Source of the DNA: an archaeon
GTDB lineage: Archaea; Nanobdellota; Nanobdellia; Pacearchaeales; GW2011-AR1
Length of the DNA: 64,000 nt
Direction of reading: 5' to 3'
NCBI GenBank assembly: GCA_043810775.1
Contig: JBDRNU010000015.1
Location: forward strand, 52,555-116,554
The notes below the pieces were generated by a model. It saw nothing but the letters and a program-made list of their open reading frames with translations. It was not told the DNA's origin and did not search any database. The translations under genes and the position numbers were made by a program. This document shows positions 30,561 through 37,840 of this stretch, piece by piece; within the stretch, counting starts at the first letter, position 1, and each line of letters opens with the position of its first letter.

Positions 30561-31049
30561 ATGATTTATGTAATAAAAGTCACAACAAATAAAGAAGAAA
30601 AAGCAACTGAGATGATTATTGATAAAATCAAGAAAAAACAGTTACCAGTATATTCAGTTGCTCGCCCACATGGTTTAAGAGGTTATATTTTTTTAGAGGC
30701 ACCAGAAAGAGACGTTGCTGAAGAAGCTGCTTTTAATCTACCTTATGTCAAAGGAATTGTAGGCAAGACAGTTGAATATTCTGAAATTAAGAGTATGATT
30801 GAGCCTACAGTTGAACAGATAAATATTGAAAAAAATGATATTGTAGAAATAATAGGCGAACCTTTTAAAAAAGAAAAAGCAAAAGTTGTCAGAATAGACA
30901 AGCAAAAAGAAGAAGCCACAGTCACTTTATTAGGGGCAGCAATCCCAATTCCAGTTACAGTAAAACTAGATAATATTAAAGTTATAAGAAGAGAAGATAA
31001 AGACGATGAAGAAACTGATGAAAGTGAAGATGGGGGGAATCAAAAATGA
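30561..31049 (+). CDS. spt5: transcription elongation factor Spt5 (NusG family; NGN + KOW)
   Basis: 162 aa; located between secE and rpl11; a KOW-like segment is followed by an acidic tail. Confidence 0.7.
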   Translation: MIYVIKVTTNKEEKATEMIIDKIKKKQLPVYSVARPHGLRGYIFLEAPERDVAEEAAFNLPYVKGIVGKTVEYSEIKSMIEPTVEQINIEKNDIVEIIGEPFKKEKAKVVRIDKQKEEATVTLLGAAIPIPVTVKLDNIKVIRREDKDDEETDESEDGGNQK

Positions 31050-31717
31050 TTGTAAAATTACTTGTTGATGGTGGAGACATGAAACCTGGCCCAGTAATTG
31101 GTCAAAAATTAGGCCCATTAGGAATTAATATTAATCAAGTAATGCAAAAAGTAAATGAAGCTACTAAGGATTTTAAGGGAATGAAAGTTCCGGTTGATCT
31201 AGAAGTTAATCCCTCGAATAAACAGTTTGAAGTAAAAGTATATTCTCCTCCAGTAGCGGAATTACTAAAAAAAGAGCTTAAACTAGAAAAAGGTTCAGGA
31301 GCCAGAAAAAAATTTATTATAGGAAATCTTGCAATTGAGCAAATAGTTTCTGTTGCCAAAATAAAGTATCCTAACATGATTGTCTCTAGCTTTAAAGCAG
31401 CAGTAAAATCAGTGGTTGGAAGCTGCATATCTCTTGGAATACTAATTGAAAGTAAAGATCCACTTGAAGTAGAAAAGGAAATTGATCAAGGCATTTATGA
31501 TAAAGAAATCGACAAACAAGTTATTGAAGTTAGCGAGGAAAAAAAGAAGCAACTTGAGGACTTTTTTGAAGATATAAAGTCAAAGCAAGATGTAATATTA
31601 AAGAAAGAAGCTGAGGAGAAAGCAGTTGAAGAAGACAAAAAAGCTGAGGCTGCTAAAACAGCTCCTAAACTAGAAGAAAAGAAAATAGAACAGAAAAAGC
31701 CAGAAGCTAAGAAGTAA
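31046..31717 (+). CDS. rpl11: 50S ribosomal protein L11 with long Lys/Glu-rich C-terminal extension
   Basis: 223 aa; N-terminus MIVKLLVDGGDMKPGPVIGQKLGPLGINI. Confidence 0.85.
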   Translation: MIVKLLVDGGDMKPGPVIGQKLGPLGININQVMQKVNEATKDFKGMKVPVDLEVNPSNKQFEVKVYSPPVAELLKKELKLEKGSGARKKFIIGNLAIEQIVSVAKIKYPNMIVSSFKAAVKSVVGSCISLGILIESKDPLEVEKEIDQGIYDKEIDKQVIEVSEEKKKQLEDFFEDIKSKQDVILKKEAEEKAVEEDKKAEAAKTAPKLEEKKIEQKKPEAKK

Positions 31718-31748
31718 ATTTATAAACTCTCTCAGCACTTTTATTTAA

Positions 31749-31822
31749 GGGGCTGTGGGGTAGCTTGGTTAGCCTTCGAGCTTTGGGAGCTTGTGACCCC
31801 GGTTCAAATCCGGGCAGCCCCA
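31749..31822 (+). tRNA. tRNA-Pro(UGG)
   Basis: Manual fold gives acceptor GGGGCUG/CAGCCCC. The anticodon stem CGAGC/GCUUG carries loop UUUGGGA, with G37. The T-arm is CCCGG-UUCAAAU-CCGGG and the discriminator is A. Confidence 0.8.
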
Positions 31823-31865
31823 TTCTTATAAAAGGAAAGTATTGGAAAAATATAGGTTGTTTAAA

Positions 31866-32090
31866 ATGGCCACTAAAACAAAAAAAATCAAACATGCTGG
31901 AAGGTTTGGAGCAGGATATGGTAAGAGGGTAAGAAAGAAATTAATAGGGGTAGAGTCCAAACAAAGAATAAAACAAACCTGCCCTTTCTGTAGCAGGAAG
32001 CCCGCAAAAAGAACTTCAAAAGGAATATGGGAATGTAAAAAATGTGGAAAGAAATTTGCCCACAACACTTTTCACTTAGGTGACTCTTAA
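31866..32090 (+). CDS. rpl37ae: 50S ribosomal protein L37Ae
   Basis: CPFC...CKKC zinc ribbon. The likely start is Met at 31866 (MATKTKK...); the track ORF begins at 31842. Confidence 0.85.
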   Translation: MATKTKKIKHAGRFGAGYGKRVRKKLIGVESKQRIKQTCPFCSRKPAKRTSKGIWECKKCGKKFAHNTFHLGDS

Positions 32091-32131
32091 TTTTCAAATA
32101 AATTTATAAACACTAAATAATATATCTTAAA

Positions 32132-32269
32132 ATGGCTATATACAAATGCTTTCAATGTGGTAAACAAGTTTCACATAAGGTTCTTGAAAAAAGATTTGTT
32201 TGTGCTACTTGTGGTGGAAAGATTTTCTATAAACCAAGAAAGAATATAACTAAGATTAAAGCTATTTGA
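32132..32269 (+). CDS. rpoP: DNA-directed RNA polymerase subunit P (RpoP/Rpb12-like)
   Basis: Not in the ORF track (45 aa). Translation is MAIYKCFQCGKQVSHKVLEKRFVCATCGGKIFYKPRKNITKIKAI. Carries a CxxC...CxxC zinc ribbon and lies directly after L37Ae, as in many archaea. Confidence 0.65.
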   Translation: MAIYKCFQCGKQVSHKVLEKRFVCATCGGKIFYKPRKNITKIKAI

Positions 32270-32317
32270 TAAAATATCTTTAATAAGTTTAGCTAATAAA
32301 TTTTTATTATCAGACAA

Positions 32318-32656
32318 ATGAAACTAGACAAAGAAACATCTGAAAATTTGCAAGAATTGCAAGTATTAGAGCAAAATATGCAAGGATTTTTAATGCAAAA
32401 GCAGGCTTTTCAAATGGAACTTAATGAAACTGAGGCTGCTTTAGAAGAATTAAAGAAAGCTAAACCTAATGAGGTATATAGGATTCTTGGTCAAATAATG
32501 GTTAAAACTGAGAAAGATAAAGCAGAACAAGAGCTTGAAGACAAGAAAAACCTCCTTACCTTAAGATTAAAGTCAATAGAAAAGCAGGAAAAGTCAATTA
32601 AAGATAGAGTAGATTCTTTAAGAGAAAAAGTTACTAAGAAAATGAGTTCAAAGTAA
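32318..32656 (+). CDS. pfdB: prefoldin beta subunit
   Basis: 112 aa; two coiled-coils flanking a central hairpin. Confidence 0.6.
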   Translation: MKLDKETSENLQELQVLEQNMQGFLMQKQAFQMELNETEAALEELKKAKPNEVYRILGQIMVKTEKDKAEQELEDKKNLLTLRLKSIEKQEKSIKDRVDSLREKVTKKMSSK

Positions 32657-32710
32657 TATATTTGTTTCTTCACCAAAATCTTTATATACTCATGCATTGT
32701 TGGATTTATT

Positions 32711-33091
32711 ATGGTGATTAAAAGTATAAAAAGTGGTCTTTCTAATATATTTAGTAGAACTGATGATGAGCCAGAATATATTGAGATTGATTTAGGTCAA
32801 GAAGCTAAAAAAAATAAAGTAATTGTAAGACCTTTTGTTCTTAAGAGTTTTGAAGATGTGGGGCATATTCTAGAAGTTCTGCGTGAAGGATATACTATTG
32901 CAGTAATTGATATAAAACCACTAAAAACCAAAGATATAATTGAACTGAAAAGAGCAGTTACAAAAGTAAAGAAAACAGCAGATGCTTTGGAGGGTTCTGT
33001 AGCTGGTTTTGGGGAAAATATGCTAATAGTTACCCCTCAATTTGCAGAAATCTACAAGGGACAGGCTCTTCCTAGAATAGAGAAGATTTAA
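32711..33091 (+). CDS. sepF: SepF-like (DUF552) FtsZ-associated cell division protein
   Basis: 126 aa; pattern VIVRPFVLKSFEDVGHILEVLREGYTIAVIDIKPL...MLIVTPQ matches SepF. Confidence 0.5.
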   Translation: MVIKSIKSGLSNIFSRTDDEPEYIEIDLGQEAKKNKVIVRPFVLKSFEDVGHILEVLREGYTIAVIDIKPLKTKDIIELKRAVTKVKKTADALEGSVAGFGENMLIVTPQFAEIYKGQALPRIEKI

Positions 33092-33115
33092 TAAGGTATT
33101 TTTTTTCTGTCAATT

Positions 33116-33703
33116 ATGAAAGTACTATTTATTGAAGCTAAAAAAAAGTCTTTAGATGTAGATATAGACCTATCTAATCTACCTGCGAAAGTTCATATAG
33201 CTTATTCTATCCAATACAAAGACTTAGCTGAAAAAATCAAAAAAAAGCTGAAAAGTAGAGTTTCTGGCTTTTCTCAAGCTCTTGGATGCACAAAGCTAAA
33301 TGCTAAGCACGCTATATTATTAGTTGGAAGTGGCAAGTTCCATGCTATACAGCTTGCACTATCAACAAATAAACCAGTCTATATTCTTGAAGGCCCTAAA
33401 ATAACTAAACTAGATGATTTAGAAGTTGAAAAATTCAAAACCCAAGTAAAAACCCAAAAACTCAAGTTTTTAAGTGCTAGCCAGGTAGGAATACTAATTT
33501 CAACTAAACCAGGTCAGCAAAACTTAAAAAAGGCGCTAAATTTAGCTAAAAAACTAAAGAAAAAATCCTACTTATTTCTTTTTGATACTCTAAATAAAGC
33601 AGATTTAGATAATTTTCCACTATCTTCTTGGATAAATACAGCCTGTCCTGCTATTATTCTTGATTCTAATAAGATAATCAACGCTGAAGAAATACAAATA
33701 TAA
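33116..33703 (+). CDS. dph2: Dph2-like protein (diphthamide synthase family) lacking the N-terminal domain
   Basis: 195 aa; LGCTKL...LLVGSGKFHAIQLAL resembles Dph2 domain 2. C-terminal WINTACPAIILD resembles the Dph1/2 ACPR motif. Confidence 0.45.
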   Translation: MKVLFIEAKKKSLDVDIDLSNLPAKVHIAYSIQYKDLAEKIKKKLKSRVSGFSQALGCTKLNAKHAILLVGSGKFHAIQLALSTNKPVYILEGPKITKLDDLEVEKFKTQVKTQKLKFLSASQVGILISTKPGQQNLKKALNLAKKLKKKSYLFLFDTLNKADLDNFPLSSWINTACPAIILDSNKIINAEEIQI

Positions 33704-33768
33704 GTTAAAATCTATGTTCTATAACCGAAATCTTTATAAACCATCGTAACTCAAAAATCGTAACAAAA

Positions 33769-35397
33769 ATGAACAAAAAATTAAATTTTTTAGTGAGCAT
33801 TTTAGCAATTGTACTACTAGCGAACTTTGTAACTGCAGCAACTTCTTTTAGTATTTCACCAACAACTTTGACATTTACCAACTCTAATACACAGACATTT
33901 ACAATAACTAATACCAATTCTTCAGAATTGTTAAGTGTTATTTTATCTCCAAGCCCATTTACAATGACTGTAGATGGTCAGAGTGTAACATTTAGCTTTA
34001 CAGGAAATTTAACTGACATTAATTCAACAAGTACTATAACTATTGCTCCAGTCACACCTATAGATTTCTCTAGGTTAGACCTTGGAGACGCTTTTTCAAA
34101 GAATTTAGTTATTACTGATTCTAGTAATAGCTCAGAAAGCGTAACAGTTGCAGTACGAATTGAAGATAGCCAATTCTGCGAGTTCTCAGATAACGGGAAC
34201 CTAGAAATGCAAATTGATAGCATCAATGCAAAAGGATTTGCTGAAGAAGATGATGAGTGGTACCCACTTGACGAAATTGAAGTAGATATAGACCTCGATA
34301 ATAGGGGTAGTGAAGATATCAGAAATATTGAAATTGAATGGGTATTGCTAACTTCAGATGGTAAAGAAGTTATGGACGGAGACTTAGCTGACTTTAATCT
34401 TAAAGATGGAAACGATGATACAAAGACCTTCACCTTTAAAGTTGACCCAAATGACTTAGAAGAAGGTGTAGAAGACTATGTATTATATGTCAGGGCTACT
34501 GGAGAAGACAAGGAATTTGACAGTAATGAGACTTGTGTAAGTGATTCACAAGACGTTAAAATTGTCTTAGAAAGTGACTTTGTTGTAATTGATCAAGATA
34601 GCCTGGAAATGCCAGAATCTTTATCTTGCGGCGGAAATTTAATAATTTCTGCAGATGTCTGGAATATTGGTGAAGATGACCAAGATGAAGTCTCTGTAAG
34701 AATTTATAACAGTGAATTGGGAATTGATGAAATAGTTGAAGTAGGAGACATAGACGCATTTGACAAGGAACCACTTGACATATCAATTAAGTTGCCAGAT
34801 GACGCAGCTGCAAAATCTTACAACATTAAGTTTGATGTCTTAGACGAAGACGGCGATGTGTATGAAAATGACAACGATGATAAATCTTCATTTACAGTTT
34901 CTCTTACTTTAGGAAACTGTGGTGCAAGTATTGATCAAGGTCAGGGTGTTTCAATATCTGCAAGTCTTCAATCAGAAGCTAAAGCAGGCGAACAACTAGT
35001 AATAAAAGCTACTTTGAGAAACACAGGCGACGAAGATACAACTTATACAGTATTTGTTACAGGCAATGAAGACTGGAGTAATTTAGACAAGATTGAACCA
35101 CAGACACTTCAAATTAGTTCAGGTGAAAGCGAAACTGTTATGATCTACCTTGATGTAGATGATGACGTTACAGGCGAGCAGACATTCAAGTTAAAAGCTG
35201 TTTTTGGCTCAGAAACCAAAGAACAGACAGTTTCAGTTAACATTGAAGGCGCTGGCGCAGGAACAGGTGGAGCTTTGACAGGATTTTCTGTAGCAGACAA
35301 TATCAGAGAAAACTGGTTTATCTGGACAATTGTACTAGTGAACATAATACTGATAATTTTAATTATCGTAGTAGCTACAAGAATTGCTAAAGGCTAA
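33769..35397 (+). CDS. secreted acidic cell-surface protein with C-terminal TM anchor
   Basis: 542 aa; signal peptide plus Asp/Glu-rich beta-rich ectodomain. The C-terminus is NWFIWTIVLVNIILIILIIVVATRIAKG, a TM helix with a basic tail. Confidence 0.65.
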   Translation: MNKKLNFLVSILAIVLLANFVTAATSFSISPTTLTFTNSNTQTFTITNTNSSELLSVILSPSPFTMTVDGQSVTFSFTGNLTDINSTSTITIAPVTPIDFSRLDLGDAFSKNLVITDSSNSSESVTVAVRIEDSQFCEFSDNGNLEMQIDSINAKGFAEEDDEWYPLDEIEVDIDLDNRGSEDIRNIEIEWVLLTSDGKEVMDGDLADFNLKDGNDDTKTFTFKVDPNDLEEGVEDYVLYVRATGEDKEFDSNETCVSDSQDVKIVLESDFVVIDQDSLEMPESLSCGGNLIISADVWNIGEDDQDEVSVRIYNSELGIDEIVEVGDIDAFDKEPLDISIKLPDDAAAKSYNIKFDVLDEDGDVYENDNDDKSSFTVSLTLGNCGASIDQGQGVSISASLQSEAKAGEQLVIKATLRNTGDEDTTYTVFVTGNEDWSNLDKIEPQTLQISSGESETVMIYLDVDDDVTGEQTFKLKAVFGSETKEQTVSVNIEGAGAGTGGALTGFSVADNIRENWFIWTIVLVNIILIILIIVVATRIAKG

Positions 35398-35455
35398 AGT
35401 TATTTAAACTATCTTTTTCTTATTTTTTTAGTAAGTAAAGCCGTAGGTATGCAGT

Positions 35456-36025
35456 ATGAAAAAGAGGATATTTAATATATTTTTAAGATATGTTATTCTT
35501 GTTTTAGCTGGGTTGTCAAATTTCTACATCTTTTACCTTATTTTTACTCCCCTAACTATTTATCCTCTTTATTATCTGTTCAGTATATTCTTTGAAACTG
35601 AAATTTTGAAAAATGTTATTCTTGTAGGTAATTATGAAATCAAGATGGTAGAAGCTTGTATTGCAGGAGCAGCTTATTATTTACTTTTTGCACTAAATCT
35701 CTCAACTCCTATGAATCTTAAAAAAAGAGCTTATGCCTTATTATTCACTTTCTTTTCATTTTTTATTATAAATATACTTCGAGTTTTTATACTGACCTCT
35801 ATTCTTGTAACATATGATAAAGCTATTTTTGACTTTGTCCACCTGTTTTTTTGGTATGTTTTTAGTACACTAGTAGTTGTTTTCTTATGGATTTTGACAG
35901 TAAAAGCTTATGAAATAAAAGCTATTCCAGCTTATACTGATATAAAGTTTATCTGGGATTTAGGAAAAGAGTCTCGATTAAAAAAGAAACTAAAAAAGAG
36001 CAAAAAATCCAAGACTCGCAAGTAA
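35456..36025 (+). CDS. exosortase/archaeosortase-like polytopic membrane protein (minimal form)
   Basis: 189 aa, about 5 TM helices. Cys68 (EACIAGAAYY) lies inside a TM helix and Arg109 (NILRVFIL) is 41 residues downstream. That matches the Cys-to-Arg spacing recalled for archaeosortase ArtA. The gene lies adjacent to a protein with a C-terminal TM + basic tail. Confidence 0.4.
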   Translation: MKKRIFNIFLRYVILVLAGLSNFYIFYLIFTPLTIYPLYYLFSIFFETEILKNVILVGNYEIKMVEACIAGAAYYLLFALNLSTPMNLKKRAYALLFTFFSFFIINILRVFILTSILVTYDKAIFDFVHLFFWYVFSTLVVVFLWILTVKAYEIKAIPAYTDIKFIWDLGKESRLKKKLKKSKKSKTRK

Positions 36026-36475
36026 TATAATTAATCCGGCAATTATTACTCCAATTGAAATTGAAATTATACTCCTTTTTCTTTCCAAATCTAATAACCA
36101 AGCTATTAAGCATCCAGTCCAAGCCCCAGTCCCAGGCAATGGCACAGCTACAAATAAAGCTAAAACTATAAATTTCTGATAATAAACCTTATTATTTTCA
36201 ATTTTATCTGCTTTTTTCCTTATTCTTAAAAGAAAATAGTTAAAGCCTTTTTTATAAAATTTTATTTTTAAGAAACTTTCATGCAAAAAATCCAAAAACA
36301 AGAAAATTAAAACTATTAATAAAATATTTATTAAAACTATTAATAAAAATATAGGGATTATCGGAAGATTATTAGTTTGCGCAAAATCAACAGCAAGAGG
36401 AAGGCCAACTCTTAGCTCTGTAACTGGCATTAGTGTAAAAATTATTGCTAAAATTAATTCACTTATATTTTGCAT
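35990..36475 (-). CDS. hypothetical polytopic membrane protein
   Basis: 161 aa, 4 TM helices; overlaps the 3' end of the preceding gene (convergent). Confidence 0.4.
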   Translation of the reverse strand: MQNISELILAIIFTLMPVTELRVGLPLAVDFAQTNNLPIIPIFLLIVLINILLIVLIFLFLDFLHESFLKIKFYKKGFNYFLLRIRKKADKIENNKVYYQKFIVLALFVAVPLPGTGAWTGCLIAWLLDLERKRSIISISIGVIIAGLIILLASLGFFALF

Positions 36476-36476
36476 T

Positions 36477-37172
36477 TTAAACTTCCAGCCCTTTTGAATG
36501 AGCTGCTGAAGCTATTATAAATCTTTCTATGATTTGAGTATTCTCACAATTAGATATACTTAGTTCATAGCAGTCTTCACTCACTCTCTTAATATTGCTG
36601 GTTTCTCCACTAGTTAAAATAATTACAGTGCTTCCTTTACTAAGCTTAACTCCTTTTTCATCAACTTCAAAAACCACACTTTTTCCCTCACAAGTAGCAT
36701 AATTTAATTCCTTTTCTTCTGCAAGAGTTTTATTAGTAACAGCAAACTCTGGCTCTATACCTGCTGCTCCTAAAAATTCAGAGAGCTGTGCAATTAATCT
36801 GAAGTTATCCCTGCACTCTTCAATACTTTGGTCAACTGAAATTAGGACAGTATGCTGGAATATTATTTCACCATCTACAGGTATATATTCTAAATCTCTT
36901 GGGTCATTTCTTAAATAAATATTATAATTAGCTATAACATTTCCAGTTAAATCTGACATTGGAGTTCTAGCGTGATAAAGTGGAAGATTATCAAACATTA
37001 TTTTTTCAAATTCCAAGCCTCCATAACTAAACTTTCTTGATTCTTTTACTATCAAAGCAGCCGAGAATATCCCTAAAATCATTACAGCCATGAAAATTCC
37101 TATAATTTTAATTTGCCTAGCTTGTTTTTCATTTGTTTTTTTATCAACTTTTGCTTCTTCTGTATTATTCAT
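36477..37172 (-). CDS. membrane-anchored extracytoplasmic protein
   Basis: 231 aa with a single N-terminal TM helix; lies in an operon downstream of the S-layer-like gene. Confidence 0.45.
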   Translation of the reverse strand: MNNTEEAKVDKKTNEKQARQIKIIGIFMAVMILGIFSAALIVKESRKFSYGGLEFEKIMFDNLPLYHARTPMSDLTGNVIANYNIYLRNDPRDLEYIPVDGEIIFQHTVLISVDQSIEECRDNFRLIAQLSEFLGAAGIEPEFAVTNKTLAEEKELNYATCEGKSVVFEVDEKGVKLSKGSTVIILTSGETSNIKRVSEDCYELSISNCENTQIIERFIIASAAHSKGLEV

Positions 37173-37173
37173 T

Positions 37174-37746
37174 TTAAACTCCTAAAACTTTGTAAATAAA
37201 TGCATCACTTGCTCTTAATATCTCTGAGCTCGGAGCATTTATAAGTATACAATTTTCTTCCTTGCTAATCTCAATATTTTCACTGTATTTAATAATTATT
37301 ATATTATCTGTACAGTTTTTATAAGGTAAATCCTCAGTGCAATTCTCAAAAAAGCAAACATCTTGTGTTTTATCTATAAAAAATTTCATATTCTGGTATA
37401 TTTCAGATTTGGCAAGGCTATTTTCTGATGCAAAATAAAGATTTTTTCCAGTGTAGCTTTCTAATCTTACTATAGGTATAGTAATATTTTCTGTTTCTTC
37501 AGGATTATATCTTGTATAAAATTCATTGTCATTTTTAGAAAAATACCAGTAGTTATTTTCTAACCTGAGGAACTCAACCCCATTTAAAGTCAGCTTATTA
37601 TCTGTATCCTCACTATCTTCTCCAGTATTATAAAAAGCATATCCTGCAGTGCTGATTATTAAGATAATAACCATAAAAATCCCCAAAGCTATTTTCTTTA
37701 TATTATCAGACTTTGCTTTTGAGTCCTTGGTCTCTATTTTTCTCAT
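37174..37746 (-). CDS. membrane-anchored extracytoplasmic protein
   Basis: 190 aa with a single N-terminal TM helix; 2-nt spacing to the next gene. Confidence 0.45.
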   Translation of the reverse strand: MRKIETKDSKAKSDNIKKIALGIFMVIILIISTAGYAFYNTGEDSEDTDNKLTLNGVEFLRLENNYWYFSKNDNEFYTRYNPEETENITIPIVRLESYTGKNLYFASENSLAKSEIYQNMKFFIDKTQDVCFFENCTEDLPYKNCTDNIIIIKYSENIEISKEENCILINAPSSEILRASDAFIYKVLGV

Positions 37747-37792
37747 TAAATACTGTAAAAATCAAAGTTTAAAATACTTACTACTAGACATC

Positions 37793-37827
37793 AAAAAAAA
37801 AGAAAAAGGAAAGAAAAAATAAAAAAA
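37793..37827 (-). terminator. oligo-T tract (archaeal intrinsic terminator candidate) after the S-layer-like gene
   Basis: A 35-nt A-rich run on the plus strand gives a T-rich run on the coding (minus) strand, starting 14 nt past the stop codon. Confidence 0.4.
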
Positions 37828-37840
37828 TTGGTTTTCAAGT

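Noticed and set aside
31707-32097. Minus-strand ORFs (62-80 aa) covering tRNA-Pro and the L37Ae gene
   Set aside because: They overlap a well-folded tRNA and a conserved Zn-ribbon r-protein and have no features of their own.
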